From positions 119,786,001 through 119,850,000 of the forward strand of contig NC_087436.1 in the NCBI RefSeq assembly GCF_036321535.1: a DNA stretch of 64,000 nucleotides, in the 5' to 3' direction. The notes under the pieces are model-generated. The model was not told where the DNA came from. It ran no database searches and saw only the letters and a program-made list of their open reading frames with translations. The number at the start of each line of letters is the position of its first letter. The first letter of the stretch is position 1. Shown piece after piece: positions 1 to 11,314 of the stretch. The translations under genes were made by a program, and so were the position numbers. This DNA is from Camelus dromedarius (taxonomy: Eukaryota).

Positions 1-1446
1 GTGGGTGGGGTCACAGGTTCAAGTCCACGGCTCCGGTGAGTTGTTCTTTTTCTTGCCTCCAACGTCTTTTTTTCTTACATCCCGGCCCGTGTCTGGCCCC
101 CACGTCCTGGGGACGCCTGGGCAGGGCCTTCCCATCACGCGGAGGGAGCCCGCCGTTGCTGCTGTTCTGATGGGCGTGTGTGCTCAGATCCATGCTGCCC
201 CGTCTGCCTTGTTTGGCCAACATTCTTTCTATGCACCCACATCATTCCTCCTGGAAGGGAGAGGAATGCATGCCCTCCCACCCCAGACCCTTGTCAGAAA
301 CCCTCCTCTGCCCTCCCCAACCCCCCACATGCTGTCCTGCCCTTGGATTCAAAATGCTGTCCTCAGATTGCCTCGTCTTGGCAAAAGCTTCTGAAACGAG
401 GGACTTTCTGAAGGGTCATCTGCCTTCTGCATTTGCAGAAAGCTGTCTTTTCTTCCCAGAGCCTCCCCTGCTCCTGGAAGCGGTAGCCTGTTGCTCTCGC
501 CTTTCCTAAGTGTCGGGGGCAGTGGGGGAGGCTGCACGGTCACCCCAGCGAGATGGAGTGAGGCGGGCTTGCTGGGCGGCTCCGACTTCTGCTCCTCTAG
601 CTGGGCCACCGCCGGGGCCCTGGCAGCCAAGACAGAATGGCCAGATGAGGTCATGGCTTTGTGGGAAGAAAGGGACCCTATTTGGGGCCGGTGACTCAGC
701 CCGAGGCATGGCATCATCGAGGGCGGCCGGCCTCTGTCTCACCCTGGTTGTTGAGGAGGGAAGGGACGGTCATTTGTCCAGCCCTCCTTGGTCGAGACAG
801 GCAGCGTGCCAGGCCCTCTGCACATGTGATCACACTTCATCAGCTCAGCCGCTCGGAGACGTGTGGCCGTTGTCCTCCAGTGTTGCAGACAAGGAAGTGA
901 TGCTAGAGCGGGAGGGCACCACACAGCAGTGAGGGTTCACATGCAGGCTGGGCCGGCTCCACAGCGGTGCACCTTTCCCTGCAGTGGGCCTCACCCTAGT
1001 GCTGGGATTCAGGGCAGAGCAGGTGGTGGGGGGATGGGGCCCAGCCCCCAAAGAGCATGCCTGCTAAGGGAAAAGTGGGTATCATCAAAAGCCAGCAACC
1101 TAGTCTGGAAACATCCTGGAGGGCCTCCTGGAGGAGGTGGCAGCTATGCTGGCCCTGTAGGTGGAGAGGTACAGGGGTCTGTGCCAGGGGAGGCAGAAGG
1201 ATGGGCCCAGAGGTGGCCAGATGTGCCTATGGTGGTGAGTAGGTAGGTCTGACCGCTGACGGGTTGATTTACAAACTTCTCAGAGTATTTCAGTGTACAC
1301 AGCAGCATCTCACCTACACCTCATCTACACATGATGTTTCTCACACTAAACAAGCACTGGCCAGACCAGGAGATACAAAACAGTACTTCCTGGAGACAGC
1401 ACATGCCGACTCCTGCCCAGCCCCAACCTGCATTTAGCGCTTACTG

Positions 1447-1585
1447 TAACCCTGTTTGTACCCGAACCTTAAACCCAACCCTACCCCCAAGCCTAATCTC
1501 CACCCTAAACCTCACACTGACTCTAATCCCAGACCCTCCCCCGGCCCTGCCCACAAGCCTCGCCCTAGCCCTAGCCCAGAGCCTG
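1447..1585. repeat. Degenerate (CCCTAA)n-like hexamer tract
   Basis: 6-bp periodic units taaccc, aacctt, aaaccc, aaccct, aagcct, caccct, aaacct, aatccc, agccct. Confidence 0.6.
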
Positions 1586-3032
1586 AGCGCCGTGCTCACT
1601 GCGCCCCGCCAGACTCACTGCGTCTTCGCTCCAGCTCTGGAAGCCGGCAGCATCGCTTCCGTGTCACAGGTGAGGAACTCGAGGCTCCAAGAGGTGAGGC
1701 CAGGGGAACACGGCTCAGACGTTGTGGAGACAGGATTCAGACCCGACCCTTCGGGCTCTGGGAACATGGTCCTCCCCCCGTGAAGTCCTCCAGGCTCTGC
1801 GGAGTCGCCTGGAGCCAGGGGCTGGGGCACTGCCTCAGGAGGGAGAGCTGGCAGCTGCGGGCACCTTGGGAATCTGCCCCGTGGACGGAAGGCCAACAGC
1901 TTTGACAAGTACTTCCTTGGTCCACGTGGGCATGAGAAACTCCAGGGAGGCTCCCAGGGCGTGTGGGATTCCGCCAGCCTGGAGCATCAGGGAGGGCTTC
2001 ACGGAGTGGTGGTGGTGGTGGGGGGGTGGCAGCAGTGAGTCAGCGCCGGCCGGTGGCCTGAGCCGGCAGCCCTGGGGGTCTGCAGCGCGTTGGTGGGATT
2101 GACCGAGCCTGACTTTGGAGAAGCAGCACCCGCCACGTGGCCTTCTGAGCCTAACGGGCTCCCTCTCTCTCCCCTCCGCGGTCTTAGCAGGATCCCTCCC
2201 CCTGGTGAATAAACGCAGAGTCGGTTTCTCTTAAATGGAACCGACTTCCCTGTGAGGGATTCATCCCGGGTGGAGGCGCCCAGCGCCGAGCCCAGGGGCC
2301 TTCCTGGGGGCCTGGGGCTTTGGCCGGTCCATCTGGCTTGTGGGTCAGCAGGAAGCCCCCTCCTCTCTTGCTCAGGCTGGGAAGAGCTCCACAGGGGGCT
2401 CTTCTAGAAAGATCCACAGTCTTGGCCTCAAACCTCCAGCTCTGCTGTCTCTTGAGTGCGCCTTTGGGGTGGCCACTGTCCCCTCCCACCTCAGCTTCTA
2501 ATCTGGGACGTGGGAAGGACGGTGCTTCCCCGAGGGAGCTGCTTCAGGGCCTGGGCAGCCCGGCTGAGGTAGGAAGGGATTTCTCAGTGGCCTTCACTGG
2601 GGGAAAGAAAGCGGACATTTATTGAGCACCAACTGAATGCTTTCCTCAGGGTCTAGTCTTTGCCCACCATGCATGCCAGCTGCACTGGCATGAAAATGAG
2701 CATCTGTCTCATGTTTTGAGGGTGGGAGGGAGGACCGTGGCCAGACATGAGGGCATCCTTCATTGGAGGCGACACACCCTGGAGTGGCCTCGGGGCCCAC
2801 AGTGACACACATGTTCACACACGCCCCTGATGCTGGAGGTGGAATGGCTGATAAAGCCGGTGGTTCAAAGGGTTGCAGGTAGTGAGAGGTGTCCAGGGAA
2901 GACCTCCCCGTCCCTCCTGCCACCCTCTCCCTACAGAGGGCACCACACTAAAAAGGTTTTTATGTTTCCCTCCACCGTGCCATCACACGTCTTCAAGCGG
3001 AAATGGATATAGAGCGTTATCCCCCTCTTTTT

Positions 3033-3140
3033 GGGGGGGGGGGAGTGTTGTGACTGGTTTTACTTATTTATTTAGTGGGGGTCCTGGGGATCGAACCCAG
3101 GACCTGGTGCAACGAGAGGCACGTGCTCTACCGCTGCCCT
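3033..3140 (-). mobile_element. tRNA-derived SINE, Vic-1-like (camelid)
   Basis: The minus strand reads CAGCGGTAGAGCACGTG...GTCCTGGGTTCGATCCCCAG...TAAATAAATAAGTAAAC...CCCCCCC: a partial A box, a B box (3087-3097) and an A-rich tail ending in a C-tract, as in the camelid SINE I recall. Confidence 0.75.
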
Positions 3141-5749
3141 TTCTCATTTTTTTAATCGAAGCAAAATTCGAGTAGCATAAAACTCATCATTTAACCATTT
3201 TGAAGTGCTCAGTGCAGTGGCTTTGCCTCTCCCATTTTTAACTCAAAAGGAACACAGCACTATTCTTCCCTGGCTCCTCTCCCTGAGCAGCCATCCCGGC
3301 CCCCTGCCCCTTCTCCCGGACACATCCCCCCACCTGGACCGGCTGCGTGGTGTCCCCGTGGTGGCTATGCACCGGCGAGTGGCCGGCCTGCAGGTTATTT
3401 CTGGTCTTTAGATGTTATTAACAGTATCTCGGGCAGTGACTTTGGACAGCCATCAGTCCACGTGCACAGGGACTTCCAGAGAAGTGCTCCCCAGCTCCCC
3501 AGAGTGGCCGGGCCACGGTGGATGGGCTGTGGTTCTGCTGGTGCTGTATCCTCGCCGCAGCGCGTCCGAGGCTCCTTCGTGAGCAGTTCCGTTCCCGCCC
3601 CTCCTGCCTGCGGCTCTTCCCCTCCGTTGTGGTTCAGCCTTTACCTCGCTGGACTCACATCTTCCCAAGTGCGGATAACGAGGACCCCAGGGCCCACCCG
3701 GGCTTGACTGGTAGGAGGTCTCCAGCCTCAGGACATAGGCCCAAGAACAGCTCTGCTGTTGGGTGAGGAGTCTGCCGAGCCCTGTGTCACCCCCCAGGAC
3801 GGACGAGCACGCTGGGGGATACGAGGCAGGTCTGAGGCTCAAGGTGAGGAGGTGCCCACGGGCCTCACATGCGGCCAGCCAGTCAGCTGCCCTCCCGCAG
3901 AGGCCCTGCCGGGCTGAGGCCGCAGCCCCGGGTCCTCCAGCGGGGCTTCACGCGGGAGGGTCACCCTCACATCCTTGCTTTCCTCACCACCAGCTGTGGG
4001 TCAGCCTCTTTGCCCAGAGCAAGGGACCCTCACTGAGAACCCATGTTCCCTCTGCAGGGGACTGTGCGCCTCGTTACATGTAACTGGGCTGCGTCCAGAC
4101 CCCTCTGGGGCCCCTGGAGGGCGTCTTCTGAGAACAGGTGGTGTCTCTCATGAAACTGCTCAAGTTCCCAATTCACTGTGAGCATTTGGGTGATTTTTCA
4201 GGCAATGACATCATCTTGTGTCTTGATGATCAGCCTTCCTCCCGGGACAGCGTGGTACAGGTTTTAAAATCCTTTGATATCCATCCTTTGATACACTGTC
4301 CCCTTTCAGTGAGGTGAGGGAAGGTGGAGCAGGGACTTTCCCTCCATTTTTTAGATGAGTAAACTGAGACTCAAAGGCACACAGGGTTTGCGCAGGCGCT
4401 GGGGCATAACCAGCAGTGGGGCAGATGTAACAAGCCAAGGCATTCTATACCACAGGCAGCTCCTGCTACACCAGCCCCCGCTGGGGCCCAGCAAGACCCC
4501 CATGGCCTCTCTGAGATGCTCATCCTTTCTGGAACAGGGTGTAAGATGCCTTGGCTGGATCAGGCCTCCACAAAGGCTCTCCCAGGAGGGTGCCTTTAGC
4601 TCCAAGCTTAGTACAGGAAGCATCCTTGGTGTGTGGGTGTATCAGCAGTCTCTCCATAAAATCTTATGTGGAGATCCCTGAGCGTGGATTGCATGTAACC
4701 CTTTCTGCACATGAACGTGTGTTTACAGAGAGTGAAACACATACCTACACCTTGGCAGTGCTCTTGTGAGCATCCTGGAAGCTTATGTGCAGAGGGAATG
4801 TCACTGTCAACAGGCCCTGGGGATGCTGGCTGGCTTTCTCTCTATGGATCTACATGCCTGGCAAGTTGAGAGATTAGACTGTTTGTTGAATGAATACTCG
4901 AAGTCACCATAAAAAAATCTTATTCTCTGCCTTCTTTTTTGACCTCCCTTTTTTTCTTCCTAACATATGATTCCTGATATGTTTTACTTGTTCTCTCATC
5001 CAAGGCCCACCATGGACAAGCTGTTATGATCTTGGGGCCATTGTGTTCTTTCTGTTTCTCGGTTTGTTCATCTGTCATGAGGCATTTGGTGCATGTAAGG
5101 TGTGGAGTGAGTGCTGTATAAGCATTTGCTGTTATTACTGTCATCACCGGATGTTTTGGGGAAAGCCCCTGCCCTCCTTCCCACCCTCAGCATCTCTCCT
5201 ATGAGGGGCAGTATACCACTATGCAGACGCAGGAGGAGGGTTCTGCCAGGTGGCATGTCTGCCACATGGCCCTGGGATGGATCCTTCCCCTTTCTGGCCT
5301 CAGTCCCAAGGTGGGCTCCTAAACCCACGAGTTCTGGTGTTCCAATATGATAGAAAGTCATACACATTCCACAGTCAACTTTCACAGCTGGACAAGTGGA
5401 CTGGTGAGGTGGGGGTGGGGAAAGGCCACACCAGGAGATGGTCTTGCCTTTTTGGAGCCTATTTTCAGTTAATTAATTCACTCAATAGCAAGAGGCAGAC
5501 AGTACAGAGGGGCAGAGGAGCGTTCTAAGTACAGATATCAGCATATGCAAAGGCCCTGGGGTGACTGAAAATCATGGCAGTGAGCACGTACCTGAGTATG
5601 GTGTGTGTTTGCTGCCAGGTCAGTAGGAACAGGTCAGCAGCATGAGGATGGAGAGGACAGAGCCCTCTTGAGTGATACAAGGAGATGCAGCTTCTCATGT
5701 AGTTGAGCAAGTGGGGCCCCAGGACTTTTTAAGGGTGGGGACCTGCCAG

Positions 5750-5880
5750 TGCAGCTTCTCAAAGGTTAAAACACAGATTCTCAGCAGGTCTAGGGTGGGG
5801 CCTCACCCAGGTTCTGAATTTCTAGGAGCTCCTGGGGAGCCTGTGTGGCCGGACCAGACCCCACTGGGAGCAGCAAGGCT
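5750..5880. mobile_element. MER5-like hAT DNA transposon relic
   Basis: gcttctcaaa...gattctcagcaggtctagggtggggcc...ggaccagaccccactgggagcagca resembles MER5A/B. Confidence 0.5.
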
Positions 5881-6052
5881 CCAGACTAGACCACGCTGTA
5901 GCTGGCCCTGCCCTGCTTGGCCTGGAGGATATCAGTGACATAGGCGGGCCTTCTAGGTCCTCACAGGCCAACTCTAAATTTTCCCTTTTTCTGTTGGGAA
6001 GTTGATTTCAGAGTTCACAATTAGCCCGGAGTTCTTGCTGCCTTCCCCCACG

Positions 6053-6096
6053 ATTTTTTTTGTTTTTGTTTTTGTTTTTGTTTTTGTTTTTGTTTG
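6053..6096. repeat. (GTTTTT)n microsatellite
   Basis: Seen directly. Confidence 0.95.
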
Positions 6097-8019
6097 GTGT
6101 TACGGGCTTATTGACTGACAACGGAGTTGAGCCTGAATATGTGTTATTTTTTTCTGATTATTCTTGAGCTCTTGGAAGGCACACAAGTGTAAGGCTGCTT
6201 CAAAGTCCTTTCCCGCTGGCTGTTTTGAAGGTCAGGGCCCTAAATTGGAGGTGATCTGGGTGTTTCTTGTCCCAAGAGGGGCACATTTTAGGTGGCAGCT
6301 CTGAGCTCCCCTAATGGCAAACTTGGTGAAACCCACGCAGGCGCCAGGGTTGAACCAGCTCCCAGCTCAGCACCCGGTCCCTGCAGGAGCCCATGCCTCT
6401 GGTCGGCAACGCCGTGCTGACTCCGACCTGGCTGAATGCCGCCTGAGGGGAAGAGGCGCCACTGACTTCCCATCAGTGGTGATGTTCTTGTGAATCTGAC
6501 CCAGGATTATAGAAAAAGCTGATCTCAAAACATGCCAATGGCCGCTCAGGGGGCAGGGCCTTAGCTCCCACTTCTGTGCCCTGATTTCTGGTATAAATTC
6601 ATGTGGATGGACATCACCCTCCCAGCAGCCCAGTGATGTCTATGTGAATCAGCCTCATCTCACAGATGAGGAAACTGAGGCTCAGAGGGTTTAACTGACC
6701 CGCCAGGGTTGTCCCACTGCTCTGCACCCACATTGTCTTGTTTTAATCCGTCTGAGAAGCTGTCAGCAGCACCAGTGGGACCTGATAGGGAAACGGAAAC
6801 AGTGACCGCTGTCTGCAGGTGGGGTGTTCACTGCGTGCCATTGGCCTCCGTCAGCCCTGGGCGCCGAGACTTGCCCCAAACCAGCCTCCCCTCAGAGTGA
6901 CAGATCTGTTAATGACACATCGGGGTTCTCAGCTGGTGGGCGTGGCTTCCTCCAGCTACCAGGCTGTTACCATAAGCCCGTTCTAGGAGCTTTGAGACCC
7001 AGGCCCCACGCCTGTTGCAAAGAGAATCTAACAAGCTCATTGGAGAGAAGAGAGAAGAGCGTGTTGAATGACTCACCACTGGGTTTGGAAAGGAATTGTG
7101 GAGTGGAGGCAGGAGACAGGCTGCTGGTGATGGGGGTGGGGGCTCCGCTGCCCACCCAAGGGTCTCTCCTTGAGCTGAGCGTGGACGCCAGGGTTTCCTT
7201 TTCTTGTTAAGGAGCGAGCCCTCGGCCAGCCTGTACTGAGGGAGCAGGCTGGTGCGGTCCACCTGGCCCGTCCCTGGAATAACTCAAGGGGCAGTGGGTG
7301 TGGTGGCTGGGCCCTGGACGGGGCTCTCTGGGGACTGGGGTCTGCCCCGCTGAGCCCTTTCTCCATTTCTAGTGTGAGGCACTGGGTGAAACTGTCCCAG
7401 GTTCCCATGGGTTCAGGTTTTCCATCTGATGCCCACATGGGCCTCCTTCCTTGGCCTTCCTTCCTTGCTTCCCTGACCAGGAAGACGGAGTGGAACTGGG
7501 TGTTCAACAGACAGGCTCTCTCCCATGCATCAGGGGGGCCAGTGGGGCACTGAAACTCAGGAACATCAGAGGAGTGGACAGCCGCCTGGGGACCAGCTAC
7601 GATATTCACAGGGTCCAGTTCATAACAAAAATTGGGGCCCTTGTTCAGACTTTTTAATGAATTACGATGACAGCAGAGCATTAAACCCAGGGCAGGGGCC
7701 CCTGAGCACAGGGCCCAGGTGTCTGCACAGGTTGATGCCGGCCCACCAGCCCGGCTGCCAGGTTGGGCTCTCGCTGGGAAAGGAAGTGGGGTCTCACACC
7801 CACCGGTTCCTGAGCCTGAGGGCTAGGATGGGCATGGCCTGAGTGAGTCTTGGGCTTCAAGGACAGGGCGTGTCTCACAGCCCTGGGTGGTGTCACTGGG
7901 GTCAGAGGCAGGGCGGTCCAGGCGGAGGGGCTCTCGGGGGGCCGCAGGCACCTGGTGGCGGGCTTGGCTGTGCCTTGGCCTGAAGGACGGGTCCTGGCTG
8001 CTCCCTCCTGTGCAGGGCT

Positions 8020-8150
8020 GTTCATTCACTTACTCACCGACTCATTCACTCGTTCACTCACTCAACAGACATTGGCGAACTTTGCTCTGTGCTGAGCTCT
8101 GGGAATTTAGGGTGGATCAGAGTAGAACTCAGCCCTGCCATCACAGAGCG
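8020..8150 (-). mobile_element. L2 3' end
   Basis: (CATT/CACT)n tail followed by caacagacattg...ctctgtgctgagctctggga, typical of an L2 terminus. Confidence 0.6.
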
Positions 8151-8409
8151 TCCAGCCCAGCAGCCTCAGGGACAGGCAGGTCTGGGGAAATCCAGAGAGC
8201 CTGGCTCCTCTGGGGTCACGGCCTGGCCTGTCAGGGTGGAGGGCTGCTGGGCTGGACCTGGCTGAGGGTGCAGCCAGGGAGCCAGGGGCATCTGCACATC
8301 CTATGCCTGGAAGGCAGGCACCACAGAGAAGTCAGGGTGGGGCTGAAAATGGAGCCAGTGGAAGCTCTGGATTGGCGACAGGAGGCCCCTTTCCTGCCAT
8401 GTACAGTGT

Positions 8410-8550
8410 CAGCCAGGTCACTGGACAGCTTTGTGCCTCGGTTTCTTCATCAGTAAAATGGGAACAACAGTATCGGCCCCTCCCTATGGGGCCATGAAAG
8501 ATCTGGTGAGCTGATGTTCTTAATGTGCTGAGTTGGCACAGCGTAGGTGC
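8410..8550 (+). mobile_element. MIR SINE (representative copy)
   Basis: MIR core tgtgcctcggtttcttcatcagtaaaatggga...ttggcacagcgtaggtgc. Similar cores lie near 4340, 6650, 8980, 13200, 25320, 30480, 32920, 34330, 35020, 45980, 49940, 54720, 58530, 61160 and 62000. Confidence 0.75.
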
Positions 8551-11246
8551 CCGGCACCCCCACCAGGAGCCTGCCCAGCCCCAAGGCCCGGAGGACCAGA
8601 AGTGAGAAAACGGGACATGGGGGTGACCAGGGACAGTGTGACCTGTCCTCCCTTGGGCAGGGGCAGCTGAAATCCTTGTCTTTTCCTTGGATGCTCCCCA
8701 CCATCCCTAAGGACTCTGGGGGGCTGTGGGCTCAGGCAGCCTCTGGGTGGGGGGAGACCCTTGGCAACAGCCAGGACACAGAAGCCCCAGCCCACATTCC
8801 GGGTTTTTCTCCCACCCAGATCAAAGCACCCCAGAGCTGCGGTAACATACCAGTTGCTGTAAAAATAGTTCCTGGGATATTTCACTTCCAAACCTGCCTG
8901 GCCGTTAAGAGCCTGAGCTCTGAAGTCACAGTCTGGGGTGACACGCCAGCTCGCCTGCTTACTGGACAAGTCGTTCTGGCACAGTATTTAAGCTTTCTCT
9001 GCTTTAGTTTCTTCATCTGCTGAATGGAGGCAATAACACATGTGGCCTCGTTGGTTCCTGGGGGTGGAGTGGGTGTGGCTGAACCTTGTTTGCCTGTGCC
9101 CCCAGGTCAGTGGCCTCAGTGGGTGATAACAAGGGTGTGTGCAGGGCAGGGATGGGGTAGAACTTCATCCTCACCCTCCCGGAGGACGCTGAGTGTTATT
9201 TCCTCATCAGATCCAGAAATTGAGGTACATGGGGCTTGAAGGGTCTGACCCCAGAACAAAGGGGTCCTTCCTGCTGCCAACTGCAGAGACTGGGGTGCCC
9301 TGCTCTGTCCATCCGCCAGGCTGACCATGTGGGTGGCTCCTGTATCAGCCCTGGGCAAGCACGACCTGGGTCCTGGCCTCGGGATCCCAAACTCTCAGTG
9401 GGGCCGAAAGTGCAGGGTCAGAAGGAACTCGAGGAGACAGTGAATCCCTGGGAGGGGCCTGGGAGACTTTCTGGAGGCGGCGTCAAATAGACTGAGATCT
9501 GAGTAGGGTTTAACCAAGGAGTTAGAGGTGGTGGGGGAAGAGGGTCCCAAGATGAAGAAAAGCTTGTGCAATGGCCAGGAATGGCTGGAGCTTAGAATGA
9601 AAGGGGTGGGTGTAACTGGGGACTCTCGCCCAGAAGGGGTGGGAGGGGGAGCCAGTCCTGCTCAGTGATCGTCCACACCTGTAGAAACAGTACCCAGGGG
9701 CAGAAGTTACCAGGAGGCTGAACTCGCCCCACGGAGGGGCCCGAGCGCCGCAGTGGGGGTGAGCCCCCCGCCCCTCCAGGTGTGCCAGCAGAGCCCAGAT
9801 GGCAGGTGCTTGAGAAGGATGTGGGGTTGAGGATTTCACCCTGGAGGGGACCGGATTAAACAGACTTTGAGGTCCCTTCCAGCTGTCACACTCCGGCTTC
9901 TCGAAATCCCCTCTGGGAACAGCAACACTATAAAATATAAATCAATAGGTTAAAACTACGCTTGTCTCCTACGAGCCCAGGCCCTGTCACTCTGCTGCCA
10001 CCCCCAGTCTTCAGAGGATTCCCGCTTGACTCGGGCAGCCTGAGAGCCTGGCAGGAGAAAATCGCTTTGTTCCCGAGCAAGGCAGGCTGATCGTGCCTCC
10101 ATTGAAGAGACCTCGGGTTTTCTTTTTAATCATAGCTGCTTCTAAAACACACACCGTCCCGTCTCGCTTGACATCCTCTCCTCCTATCTTCCCCGCTTTA
10201 ATCGCCAGGGAAAGAAACCAGCTGAACTGCTGGCGGCAGCTATACCCCAAAGACGCAGAGCAGCGGAAGTCCTGCTCGTGAGGAGGAACCCAAACTTGGA
10301 GATGGCCAGTGCGGTGACCCCAAATTAACGGGCCTAATGGCCCCGCTGGGGACCAGGGGGTGTTCCCATTTTACCTCCCGGGGTTCCCATGGCAACGGGG
10401 ATCTTGGGAGCAGCTAACAGGGACTGGCAGTGAGTGAAATGAAATTTGATGTATGTGAAAATGCAGTGGCTCATGGAGTAATTGGGGACAGCGCTCTTTT
10501 CTCCACCAGAGTCTGATCCTTGTTTTTGTTCGTACGTTTTTGGGGGGAGAATTTTGGGTGCTCTTAACCACATTTATTTTCATTTTGGTAAACAGTTGCA
10601 TCTCCTGCACAGGCAGGAAATGAAAACGCTTTATTAAGTAGGGCCCAGGGTGTGTGGTGAATAGTTTAGCAACGACAAAACGTGTGTGTGCCATCGACGA
10701 TTTACGGACCCCCTCCATCTGTCCCCGCTGTCCTCGTCTGTCTTCCCATCCCGCTGTCACTGGCCCTGCCATCAGCCGCCATCCGGGGAGTGTAACGCCA
10801 GCACGTACTTCCCGGGCTGCTCTTGTCTCCCGAGCAGCCCCAGCAGCTCTTTCTGGCCGGCTGCTGGTTGTTCTCAAGGGCGCCGGTGGGTTCAGAGCCC
10901 AGTGCATTCTGTGCTCCCCAGGATCACTTCCTTGGCATCCCTTTGACTACAGTTTGAGATTGTCCAGGGCTGAGTTTGAATGATCCCTATGGAACAGCCG
11001 CTACTAGGTGGACCTCACAGGGCTGGGATGTTCCCAAAGCCATTGTGCAGAGCAGAGCAAGTTTTTGGAGCGTTAACCAGTGCCGTGTCTGCGTGCTCTG
11101 CTGCGAGGTGGCCGGGGCTCCCAGAATTACCAAGTGAGAGGGGCCCGGGCAGCTGATGTTGGAGAGGGTGAGAGGAGTACCGATGTATCCTCTTGGGGAA
11201 CCTTGAAACCCACTGATTTCTGCCTTTGTCTTTGTTGTCGCCACAG

Positions 11247-11314
11247 GTGATTCTGATCCTGACGAAGTATTACCATGCAGACATGGGGAAGGTTCTGGAA
11301 AGTTCTCTGTGGCG
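11247..11314 (+). CDS. SORCS2: SORCS2 internal coding exon (exon 2; start of the VPS10P domain)
   Basis: ccacag|GTG ATT CTG ATC CTG ACG AAG TAT TAC CAT GCA GAC ATG GGG AAG GTT CTG GAA AGT TCT CTG TGG CG|gtaagt translates to VILILTKYYHADMGKVLESSLW(R), matching the SORCS2 sequence I recall. The exon is 68 nt with a phase-0 acceptor and phase-2 donor. It has a pyrimidine tract, a branch-like CACTGAT at 11211-11217 and a consensus GTAAGT donor. Synteny with PSAPL1 agrees. Confidence 0.96.

Noticed and set aside
3080..3140. tRNA-like sequence with a B box
   Set aside because: It is a SINE head with an incomplete 5' end and an A-rich tail, not a tRNA gene.
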